From Candidatus Sulfomarinibacteraceae bacterium (GTDB lineage Bacteria; Acidobacteriota; Thermoanaerobaculia; Thermoanaerobaculales; Sulfomarinibacteraceae), in contig CAVQQC010000009.1 of NCBI GenBank assembly GCA_963714895.1, positions 26,172 through 90,171 on the forward strand: a DNA stretch of 64,000 nt, written 5' to 3'. Shown here piece by piece: positions 8,771-17,393 of the stretch (position 1 is the stretch's first letter; the number at the start of each line of letters is the position of its first letter). Made by a program: the position numbers and the translations under genes. Below the pieces are notes generated by a model. It made no database searches and was not told the origin of the DNA. It saw nothing but the letters and a program-made list of their open reading frames with translations.

Positions 8771-9658
8771 CTAGCTTTTCCCCTGGTGGGCGAGGAGCCC
8801 GATGAAGCGGGCGATGTAGGGAGGTTTGTGATCGTCGTCGATCATGGCCGCGAACCATGACCGGAGCATGCCCCTGCGGCCGAGACGGACGGTCTGCAAC
8901 CCGCCGTCGGCCAGGAACGGGCGGACCGGCCACGAGTTGAGGAGGGCGACCCCCGCACCGCCTTTGACCATGTCGACGATGGCCTCGATGGTAGGGAGCG
9001 TGATGACGGACTTCGGAGTGACTTCGGAGGGAACGAGCACGGTCGACCTGATGTCCATTCCGTTCATCGGGAAGTCGAACGTGACAAGGTTCTCATCGGC
9101 CAACAGTCGCGCCGTGACGTGGTCTTTGGAGGCCCACCGGTGGTCGGATCGGACGACCGCCACCAGTTCGTCGTCAAAGAGCTTCAGGTAGACGAGGCCC
9201 CGGCCGTCGACCTTCGAATTCGTGATGGCGATGTCGACAGCTCCGCTCAGTACGCGGTTCGTCGGGTCGTGGTCCCACAGTGGGTCGATGGAGATTTCGA
9301 CGTCCGGGTAGGCGATCTTGAAGGAGTTGACGACGCTCGGGAGCCACCTGAAACCCAGCGAGCGGCAGGCGGCGATGCGAAGGGTCCCCGTCTCTCCGGA
9401 TGACAGACGCGAGATGTCATCGCGCACCTTGTCGATCTCGCCGAGAACGACGTGGGCGCCGTCGAGGAACCTCTGACCGGCCGGTGTGAGCAACATCCGC
9501 CTCTTGAAGCGGCGAAACAGCTTGACCCCGAACTCGTTTTCGATCTCTTTGAGTTGGTGGCTCAAAGCCGACTGGGAGAGATAGAGCCGCTGACCGGCGG
9601 CGGTCAACGTGCCTTCCGTGGCGAGGGTTTGGACCAGGCGAAGGTGGCGGATCTCCAT
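8771..9658 (-). CDS. LysR-family transcriptional regulator
   Basis: MEIRHLRLVQTLATEGTLTAAGQRLYLSQSALSHQLKEIE is a LysR wHTH, followed by a substrate-binding domain. ATG 9658 is 8 nt after GGAG; alternative ATG at 9664. Confidence 0.9.
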   Translation of the reverse strand: MEIRHLRLVQTLATEGTLTAAGQRLYLSQSALSHQLKEIENEFGVKLFRRFKRRMLLTPAGQRFLDGAHVVLGEIDKVRDDISRLSSGETGTLRIAACRSLGFRWLPSVVNSFKIAYPDVEISIDPLWDHDPTNRVLSGAVDIAITNSKVDGRGLVYLKLFDDELVAVVRSDHRWASKDHVTARLLADENLVTFDFPMNGMDIRSTVLVPSEVTPKSVITLPTIEAIVDMVKGGAGVALLNSWPVRPFLADGGLQTVRLGRRGMLRSWFAAMIDDDHKPPYIARFIGLLAHQGKS

Positions 9659-9692
9659 CGCCATCACTCCCGGATCACGCGGAACTTGGAGC

Positions 9693-9780
9693 GAGACTGA
9701 AGGCGGGCTGAAGCCCCCCCTGCCAGTCCGCACGGCCGGTTGGTCCGAAGTAGGGAGGGCCTTGGTCCACCTTCAGTCTC
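9693..9780. repeat. REP/MITE-like element, family 1 (degenerate copy)
   Basis: gagactgaaggcgggctgaagcccccc ... ggtccgaagtagggagggccttggtccaccttcagtctc. The termini are inverted repeats (gagactgaagg / ccttcagtctc). Lies in the divergent LysR/S9 control region. Confidence 0.7.
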
Positions 9781-9998
9781 GCTGTTGTTGCGAAGGCCGC
9801 AAATGCAGCGTCTCGCTGGGTCGAGATCCGCGCGGGGGAAAACTGTTTCTCCGCCCGTTCCGGGGCTCTGGAAGGCTCGCAATGACAACTCTCCCTCTGT
9901 GATCTTCCTACGAAAAACTGCGCCGAAAGTTCGAAGCTGCAGCGATCACTCTGTAGAATGCGGTTGGCCGGGAAGGCCCCATCGCAGGAGGAGGAGAC

Positions 9999-12119
9999 AT
10001 GTCGCGAATTCATGGATCGAATCGGCTTGGAATGGTCGTGCTGCTTTCGGCCGTCTGTTGTACGGTCGTACCGGCAGGACCGGTGACCGCCGGGGGCATG
10101 ACGTTCGAGCAGCTGGGAGGTCTGCGGTCGGCTGGTGGGGCGGTCATGTCGCCGGACGGGGCCTGGATCGCCTACGGACTCACCGTGCCGCGGCGGCCAG
10201 GCATCGACGACGACGGTCCGGCGTGGGTTGAACTGCATGTGATCGGGAGCGATGGTCGGGACCGGACCTACGTCGGTGGAGAGGTCAAGGTCTCCCAGAT
10301 CGGATTCAGCCCCGATGGTTCGCTCATCACCTACCTCGCCGAACGCAACGGAGACGAACACACCGCGCTGTGGGCGATCCCGCTCGCCGGAGGCGAGTCG
10401 AAACGGATGATCTCGTACGACACCGACATCACCGACTATCGGGTGTCGCCCGACGGGAAGACGGTCGCCTTCATTGCCAAGGAGGCCGAGAGCGAAGACC
10501 GCAAGAAGATCGAAGACGAAGGCTACTCGCAGGAGGTCTTCGAGGAGGACTGGTTGCCGAAACGGGTCTGGCTGCAGGCCATGCCGCCGTTGCATCCGGT
10601 GGTCGCCGACCCCTCGGACCCGGCCCCGGCTGGTGAGGAGCCTCGTGCCTTGCCGGTCGAGGGATCGGTCTTCCACGTTCGTTGGAGCCCCGGTGGCGAG
10701 TGGCTGGCGGTGGATGTGGCGCCGACCCCGTTGATTGACGATGAGTACATGGCCCGGCGGGTTCGCGTGGTCGACGCGCGCACCGGCGAAGGCCGGACCT
10801 CGTTCGACAACCCCGGCAAACTCGGTGATTTTGAAATCAGCCCCGACGGCGCCCACCTGGCGATGATTTCGGCCGCCGATCCCAACGATCCGGCGGCCGG
10901 AAGGTTGCTGGTGGCGAAGGCGGCAGGAGGTCAACTGCGGGACGTGTTGCCGGGCCTCGAGGGCCACGTGACCGCCTTTGTCTGGCAGGATGCAGACACC
11001 CTGATGTTCCTCTCCGACGAGAGGGAGGAGACCCGGTTCGGCGAGGTCGATATCACCACGGGCGAGCAGAAGACCCACGCGACCTCGGGTATCGAGCAGG
11101 GGAACGCCCGGGCCCCGATCATGATCGGTCTGGCCATCGCCGGCGACGGGAAGCGTGCGGTGCTGGTCGGCGACTCGCCGAACCACCCGTCCGAGATCTT
11201 CACGATGAGCCACGGCGACGCGGGACTGACGCGGCTGACGGACAGCAATCCGTGGCTGGCTGAGGTGGATCTCGCCGAACAGGAGGTTTTCCGCCATCGG
11301 GCGAAAGACGGGCTCGATCTCAGCGGGATGTTGGTCCGGCCGCTTGGCGATTCCAAGGAGCCGGCGCCGCTCCTGCTCATGGTGCATGGCGGACCCGAAG
11401 GCCACCGCCGCAACGGCTGGTTGACAAGCTACTCGTCGCCCGCCCAACTCGCTGCCGATCGCGGCTACGCCGTGTTCTTCCCCAACTATCGCGGCAGCAC
11501 CGGCCGTGGCGTCGCGTTCTCGAAGCTCGGTCAGGCCGATGCCGCCGGGGCGGAGTTCGACGATCTCCTGGACGCGGTCGACGCATTGGTGGCGGCGGGA
11601 ATCGCCGATCCCGACCGCGTCGGCATCACCGGCGGCTCCTACGGCGGCTACGCCACCGCGTGGTGCGCGACCCGTTACAGCGAGCGCTTTCGGGCGGGGG
11701 TCATGTTTGTCGGCATCAGTAACGACATCAGCAAGGGGCTGACCACCGAGATCCCGGTGGAAGATCGGATGGTCCACACTCTCGCGGACCCGTGGACCAA
11801 GTTGCAGTTCCGGCTCGAGCGCAGCCCGATCGCATACGTCGAAAACGCCCGGACTCCGTTGCTCATCGCCGGCGGCACCGCCGATTCGCGGGTTCACCCT
11901 TCACAGAGCCTGCAGCTCTACCGGGCGCTCAAGTTGTCGGGCAAGGCCCCGGTTCGCTACGTGCGCTACCCCGGCGAGAAGCACGGCAATTCGAGGGCCG
12001 CATCGAGAGATGACTACGCGCGACGTCTGATGCGGTGGATGGACCACTTCGTGAAGGATGAGAACACCGAACTTCCACCATGGGAACTTGATGTCATCGG
12101 AAAGGAATCACAACAATGA
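9999..12119 (+). CDS. S9-family serine peptidase (prolyl oligopeptidase / acylaminoacyl-peptidase type), secreted
   Basis: 706 aa with a signal-like N-terminus. Beta-propeller-type N-half (repeated SPDG motifs). C-terminal GITGGSYGGYATAW nucleophile elbow. Confidence 0.9.
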   Translation: MSRIHGSNRLGMVVLLSAVCCTVVPAGPVTAGGMTFEQLGGLRSAGGAVMSPDGAWIAYGLTVPRRPGIDDDGPAWVELHVIGSDGRDRTYVGGEVKVSQIGFSPDGSLITYLAERNGDEHTALWAIPLAGGESKRMISYDTDITDYRVSPDGKTVAFIAKEAESEDRKKIEDEGYSQEVFEEDWLPKRVWLQAMPPLHPVVADPSDPAPAGEEPRALPVEGSVFHVRWSPGGEWLAVDVAPTPLIDDEYMARRVRVVDARTGEGRTSFDNPGKLGDFEISPDGAHLAMISAADPNDPAAGRLLVAKAAGGQLRDVLPGLEGHVTAFVWQDADTLMFLSDEREETRFGEVDITTGEQKTHATSGIEQGNARAPIMIGLAIAGDGKRAVLVGDSPNHPSEIFTMSHGDAGLTRLTDSNPWLAEVDLAEQEVFRHRAKDGLDLSGMLVRPLGDSKEPAPLLLMVHGGPEGHRRNGWLTSYSSPAQLAADRGYAVFFPNYRGSTGRGVAFSKLGQADAAGAEFDDLLDAVDALVAAGIADPDRVGITGGSYGGYATAWCATRYSERFRAGVMFVGISNDISKGLTTEIPVEDRMVHTLADPWTKLQFRLERSPIAYVENARTPLLIAGGTADSRVHPSQSLQLYRALKLSGKAPVRYVRYPGEKHGNSRAASRDDYARRLMRWMDHFVKDENTELPPWELDVIGKESQQ

Positions 12120-14236
12120 AGAAGACATTTTCGATCGCTGTTGTCTTGTCGATTTTCCTGCTGTCGGGCTGCGGGGCGAAAACCGAAAACCCGGCTGCCG
12201 GTGAAAATCCGTTCTTTGTCGAGTGGACCACGCCGTTCGGCGTGCCGCCGTTCGGCGACATCGAGAACGAGGATTTCCTGCCGGCCTTCGAGAAAGGCAT
12301 TGCGGAGGAGCGGGCGGAGGTCGAGGCCATCGCGCCGACCAGAATCCGCCGACCTTCGACAACACCATCGGGGCGCTCGATGCCACCGGGGAGCTGATGA
12401 GACAAGGTCGGCGGCGTTTTCTACACCCTGATCGGCGCGGAAACCAATGACGACATCCAGGCGATCGCCAAGGAGGTCGCGCCGATGACCTCGAACCTCC
12501 GCGACGACATCCTCATGAATCCGCGAGCTCTTCGCCCGGGTGAAGGCGTCTACGAGCAGCGCGACGAACTCGACCTCGACGCGGAGCAGCGGCAGCTCCT
12601 CGAGGAGACCTACCTCGATTTCGTCAGTGGTGGCGCCGAGCTGTCCGCCGAGCGACCAGGCCCGGATGCGGGAGATCAATACCAGGCTGTCGACTCTCGG
12701 ACTGACATTCGGCGACAACGTGCTGGCCGAAACCAATCGGCTATCAGCTCTTCATCGACAACGAGGAGGACCTCGCAGGTCTTCCTCCCGGCGTCGTCGA
12801 GGGTGCGGCCGATGCGGCAGCCAAGGCGGGCCAGGAGGGCAAGTGGCTCTTCACGACCCACCGGCCGAGCATCTATCCCTTCCTCCAGACTACGCCGACA
12901 ACCGCGAGCTTCGCGAGCAGATCTTCACGGCCTACATCATGCGCGGCGACCACGGCGACGAGTACGACAACAAGGCGATCCTGTCCGAGATCCTGACGCT
13001 TCGCGCCGAAAAGGCGAAGCTCCTGGGGTATCGACACCACGCCGATTTCGTCCTCGAGCGGCGGATGGCCAAGACCCCGGAGGCGGTCTACGAGCTCCTG
13101 GAGGATCTCTGGTATCCGTCGCTCGGCGTGGCCCGTGAGGAGGCGGCGACCCTGCAGGCGGCGATCGAGGAGGACGGTTTCGACTTCAAGCTCGAGCCGT
13201 GGGATTGGCGCTACTACGCCGAAAAGGTCCGCCGGGCGCGATACGACGTCGACGAGCAGGAGATCCGGCCGTACTTCATGATCGACAACGTGATCGACGG
13301 CGCCTTCTACGTGGCCAACCGGCTCTACGGCATCGAGTTCACCGAGCGCTTCGAAGGCATTCCCGACCTATCACCCCGAGGTGCGGACCTTCGAGGTCAC
13401 CGACGCCGATGGCAGCCACCTCGGCGTCTTCATGACCGACTACTATCCGCGACCCGGGAAAGCGCGGCGGCGCCTGGAGCCGCCGGATCCGCGGCCAGTG
13501 GGTCGAGGACGGCGAGCAGGTGCGGCCCATCGTGCTCAACGTCGGCAACTTCTCGCGTCCGGTCGGCGACGCGCCGGCGCTGATCTCGTTCGAAGAGGTC
13601 CACACCCTCTTCCACGAGCTCGGCCACGGGCTGCAGGCGCTGCTTGTCGAACGTCCAGTACCGCGGGTCGGCGGGCGTGACGCGGGACTTCGTCGAGCTG
13701 CCGTCGCAGATCATGGAGAACTGGCTGCTCGAGCCGGAGGTGCTCGCGGTCTACGCCAAGCACTACGAGACCGGCGAGGTGATCCCCGCCGAGCTGGTGG
13801 CGAAGATTCAAGCCGCCGAGCAGTTCAACCAGGGCTTTACGTCGGTTGAGTACCTGGCGGCCTGCTATCTGGATATGGACTGGCACACCCTCGAGGACCC
13901 GGCCGGGGTCGATGTGACCGAGTTCGAAAAGGCGTCGATGGACAAGATCGGCCTGATTCCAGAGATCGTGGTGCGCTACCGCAGTCCGTACTTCAGCCAC
14001 ATCACCGGAGGATACTCGGCCGGCTACTACAGCTACATCTGGAGCGAGGTCCTCGATGCGGATGCGTTCGAGGCGTTCAAGGAGACGAGCCTCTTCGACC
14101 AGGAGACCGCCGCAGGCCTTCCGCACCAACATCCTGGAAAAGGGCGGCTCCGAAGATCCCGAGGAGCTCTACCTGCGCTTCCGCGGCCAGCCGCCGAGCG
14201 TCGAACCGCTGCTTGCAGAGGAAGGGCTTCAAATAG
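12116..14236 (+). pseudogene. dcp: M3-family peptidyl-dipeptidase (Dcp-like) lipoprotein; reading frame broken about 12 times
   Basis: ATGA start/stop overlap with the S9 gene. Lipobox LLSGC. Homology-consistent text (PTFDNTIGALD, ELFARVKA/VYEQRDELDLDAEQRQLLEETYLDF, YADNRELREQIFTAY, HELGHGL, RDFVELPSQIMENW) has to be stitched across ORFs 12116, 12223, 12485, 12540, 13381, 13520, 13644 and 14056. Confidence 0.85.
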
Positions 14237-14246
14237 TCACGAGATT

Positions 14247-14277
14247 GCCGGCCGCAAATGCGGCCGGCCCATTTTTC
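14247..14277 (+). terminator. rho-independent terminator after dcp
   Basis: GCCGGCCGC-aaat-GCGGCCGGC stem followed by ccaTTTTTc. Lies 10 nt after the TAG used for the repaired dcp end. Confidence 0.75.
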
Positions 14278-14281
14278 TGCC

Positions 14282-14311
14282 GATAAAAACCGAGGCCGGT
14301 CTCCCGGCCTC
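14282..14311 (-). terminator. rho-independent terminator after the peroxiredoxin gene (also U-rich on the + strand, so possibly bidirectional)
   Basis: On the minus strand: GAGGCCGG-gaga-CCGGCCTC followed by ggTTTTTa. Confidence 0.7.
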
Positions 14312-14335
14312 TTCTTATTCTGTCGGCAGAAAAGA

Positions 14336-15095
14336 CTAGCTGAACTCGGTGGCCCTGCCCGCCGAGATACGTGATGATCTCGGCCGACTCGTGGTGCGGA
14401 GTGCTGCCGATCACCAGACACGGGGCCTGGCCCTTGCCGGCGATCGCCACCAGGTCTTCGAGGGCTTTCGGCGTCCTCGCTGACGTTGCGGACCGGGATC
14501 GAGTCGATGTGCAGGTTGCCGAGGGCGGCCAACGCATTGGTCGAGAACATGCAGTTCGACCGGATGTAGAGAACCGTATCGGGCTCGAGTCCGGGCGCCG
14601 CGGCGAAGGAAGCAAGATCTCCCTCGTAGGCGCCGTTGACCTCTTCGCAGAGCGCCGCAAGCTCGGCGATGTCGCGTTTGCCGCCGGGCCCCACCGACGA
14701 GACGTGGCGGACGACACCGTCCGGCGTCGATGATGACGGTGGCGCGGTCGGTGATTCCGGCGCTCGTCGAGGTAGAGACCGTAGGCCTTCGCGACCTCAC
14801 CCTTGGGGTGGAAGTCGGCGAGCAGCGGGAACGAGACGCCACCGAGGCTCATGGCCCAGTTGGCGTGGCAGTAGATCGAGTCAACGCTGACACCCAGAAC
14901 CTGGGTGTTGGCGGCGAGGAAGCGCTCCTGGAGCGCTTCCACGCCGGGTACTTCGGTGCTTCACGTGGGGGTGAAGTCGAGGGGGTAGAACAGCAGCATC
15001 ACGTGCCGTTTGCCCTTGAACTGGTCGAGGGTGAAGGTGCGACCGAACTGGTCTTTGAGTGAGAATCCGGGGGCGTTGTCGCCGATTGCGATCAT
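14336..15095 (-). CDS. peroxiredoxin (AhpC/TSA fold) with in-frame TGA (probable selenocysteine) at the peroxidatic position, fused to a glutaredoxin-like C-terminal domain; 3-4 frameshifts in this assembly
   Basis: ATG 15095 after GGAGGAAC. MIAIGDNAPGFSLKDQFGRTFTLDQFKGKRHVMLLFYPLDFTPT-TGA(14961..14963)-STEVPGVEALQERF... Later text (GITDRATVIIDA / DGVVRHV...CMFSTNALAAL / KALEDLVAIAGKGQAPCLVIG) requires frame changes near 14760, 14722, 14470 and possibly 14357. The 3' end is tentative. Confidence 0.75.
14913..14945 (-). promoter_or_regulatory. SECIS-like stem-loop downstream of the in-frame UGA
   Basis: GGCGU-GGAAGCGCUC-CAG-GAGCGCUUCC-UCGCC. This is 10 perfect bp extended by 4 bp across a U.U mismatch. 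The stem starts 16 nt after the UGA, with the apical loop about 31 nt after it. Confidence 0.6.
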
Positions 15096-15197
15096 GGTTC
15101 CTCCTTTGGCTCCGATCGCAGGGATGGTACACCACCCCGCGGGTGGTGCCGATCACTCCGTCGTTGCGGCGAAGCAGCTCTTCGGTCAGTATGAGGT

Positions 15198-16421
15198 ATG
15201 GCGGTGAGGCGGCGTGCGCCGTTCTGGTGGTTCGTGGTCCTGACGGTGGCTGCGGTGCTGCCCAGGCTGCCGTTGGTGCAGGCTGGGTTTTCGATAGAAG
15301 ATCGCATGTATGTGCAGCTCGCCGGCGAATCGGATGGTCTCGTATCCGGGGTCCTCGAGCCGTGGCCGATTGGGTATTACCGGCCCCTCGTTTCTCAATA
15401 CTTCGAAATCTGTCAAAGAGTATTCGGCGAGTGGGCGCCGGGCTACCATCGCGATGTCGATCTTTGCCATGTGGTGGTCGTGTGGCTGGTGTTCCTGCTG
15501 TGCTCGAGGTTGGCGGGGTTCGGTTGGCCGGCTCTGTACGGGGCGCTTGCCTTTGCGATGTTGCCCATCTTGAACGAGGCCATAGCCTGGACGGCGAGCA
15601 TCGGGGACCTGTTGGCTACCGGATTCGTTCTCAGTGCGGTGCTGTTGGCGTTGGTGGCCGCGGAGGCGACGGCGGCGGTGGGGTGGCGGCTCTGGCTGGT
15701 CTCATTGGCGGCGGTTGTGTTGGGGTGTGGGGCCAAGGAGGCGGCAGTTGTGGCCGGCCTCCTGGTGCCGGTTGCGGTGTGGGTTTTCGGACGGAAGCGC
15801 CCTGGTTGGGGATGGATAGCCGCCTATCCGGCCGTGACCCTCATCTATGTGAGTTGGTATGCCACCCGGCTGCCCGGGATCGGAACGGTCGGAATCCTCG
15901 CGGGAAATCCGTGGCGGTGTCTGGCGGCGACAACCCAGAGTCTCGTGATGGCATGTGTACCGATCGCTCGCAACGAGGTTGGCGATTGGCTGTGGACCGC
16001 GGGAGGTTTGAGTCGGTTCCTGGTCGCGGCTTGCATGGCTTCGCTCGGTGGGTGGATCTGGCTGGCCTGGAGAAGGCGGGACCGTGTCCTGGTGTTCGGC
16101 TGGCTGTGGGCGGTGGCGTCGTTCATACCGGTGTGCCGGCTGGGGTGGGCTGAACGCTACGCCTATCTGCCCGCTGTCGGGCTCGCGCTGGTCGCCGTAG
16201 CAGTCTGTAGGCGGTTCCCCGATCGCCGAGCCACGGTGCTGGGGCTGTTGGTGTTGGTGATCTTCGCCGTGGGCAGCGCGCTGTCGGCCTCTCAGTGGAC
16301 CAATCGGGTGGGCCGGTTCGCGGCGCCGACTCAGATCCGAATGAGCATCGCCGCCCAGTGGAAGCCGGCGCCGAAGGCGGTCAGCAACACCAGGTCTCCG
16401 GCCTTGACCCGGCCCTGTTGA
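15198..16421 (+). CDS. polytopic membrane protein, GT39/PMT_2-like glycosyltransferase N-domain; C-terminus appears truncated
   Basis: 407-aa ORF with about 10 hydrophobic helices. The last 30 codons run antisense into the 3' end of fabH (overlap 16331..16421). Confidence 0.55.
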   Translation: MAVRRRAPFWWFVVLTVAAVLPRLPLVQAGFSIEDRMYVQLAGESDGLVSGVLEPWPIGYYRPLVSQYFEICQRVFGEWAPGYHRDVDLCHVVVVWLVFLLCSRLAGFGWPALYGALAFAMLPILNEAIAWTASIGDLLATGFVLSAVLLALVAAEATAAVGWRLWLVSLAAVVLGCGAKEAAVVAGLLVPVAVWVFGRKRPGWGWIAAYPAVTLIYVSWYATRLPGIGTVGILAGNPWRCLAATTQSLVMACVPIARNEVGDWLWTAGGLSRFLVAACMASLGGWIWLAWRRRDRVLVFGWLWAVASFIPVCRLGWAERYAYLPAVGLALVAVAVCRRFPDRRATVLGLLVLVIFAVGSALSASQWTNRVGRFAAPTQIRMSIAAQWKPAPKAVSNTRSPALTRPC

Positions 16422-17320
16422 CGGGCCTCCCACAGGGCCAGAGGGACCGACGCCGAGCCGGTGTTTCCGTAGTCCTGGACGTTGATGAACAACTTGTCGT
16501 CAGCGACACCGAGCGATTTCTGGAGCGCGTTGATGATCCGCAGATTCGCCTGGTGCGGGACCACGAGGGCGAGGTCCGAGACCTCGACCCCGGCATCGGC
16601 GAGGACCTTTCGCGACGCTGCGCCCATCTTCGATACGGCCTCCTTGAAGACCTCGCGGCCGTTCATGACGAGGTTCTTGTGATCGCCCCGTTGCGCGGCT
16701 TCGACGGTGAACGGCGCTCTGGTGCCGCCCGTCTCGAGACACAGAATGTCGGCCCGTGAGCCGTCGGTGCCGGCCGTGAATGTCAGGAGTTCCGAAGAGC
16801 TTTCGACTGACCCAACAACCGCCGCCCCGGCGGCGTCGCCGAACAACACCGCCGTCGTGCGGTCGTTCCAGTTGACCAGGCGGGTCAGCATCTCGACTCC
16901 GACCAGCAGGACCTTTTTGTCTCCGGTGATCGCTCGCGAGCGCGCGATGTCGAGACCGAGAACGAACCCCGCGCATCCGCTGCCGGCAAGGTCGAAGGAG
17001 GGTATCTCCCGCGCACCGAGAGCGGTCTGGAGGTACGAAGCGGTGTCGGGGAGTTTCACCTCGGGTGTGTCGGTGGCGACGATGATCTCGTCGATGGCGT
17101 CGATGGTGATGCCGGCGTCCTCGAGGGCCGCGCGGGCGGCGGCGGCAGCCAGGTCGACCGTGGTTTCGTTTTCGGCCGCGATGCGGCGGTTTTTGATCCC
17201 GGTGCGGCTTGTGATCCACTCGTCCGAGGTGTCCACGTACTGTGCCCACTCGGCGTTGCCCATCACCCGCTCGGGCAGGTAGGCGCCGAGTCCGAGGATG
17301 CCAATGCGCTGCTCGTTCAT
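16331..17320 (-). CDS. fabH: beta-ketoacyl-ACP synthase III
   Basis: DEWITSRTGI, active-site GSGCAGF, HQANLRI and NTGSASVPLAL motifs. ATG 17320 is 9 nt after GGAGG; the listed ORF starts at 17326. Confidence 0.9.
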   Translation of the reverse strand: MNEQRIGILGLGAYLPERVMGNAEWAQYVDTSDEWITSRTGIKNRRIAAENETTVDLAAAAARAALEDAGITIDAIDEIIVATDTPEVKLPDTASYLQTALGAREIPSFDLAGSGCAGFVLGLDIARSRAITGDKKVLLVGVEMLTRLVNWNDRTTAVLFGDAAGAAVVGSVESSSELLTFTAGTDGSRADILCLETGGTRAPFTVEAAQRGDHKNLVMNGREVFKEAVSKMGAASRKVLADAGVEVSDLALVVPHQANLRIINALQKSLGVADDKLFINVQDYGNTGSASVPLALWEARQQGRVKAGDLVLLTAFGAGFHWAAMLIRI

Positions 17321-17393
17321 TCCCATTTCCCTCCGCGGCGGATGATTCTACAGTGGAATCTGGAAATCGGGACTCACCGTCGCGATGGCGAGC

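Noticed and set aside
12116-14236. Programmed ribosomal frameshifting as the explanation for the broken dcp frame
   Set aside because: - Roughly a dozen shifts occur in both directions.
- There is no recurrent slippery heptamer or downstream structure.
- The pattern looks like indels, not recoding.
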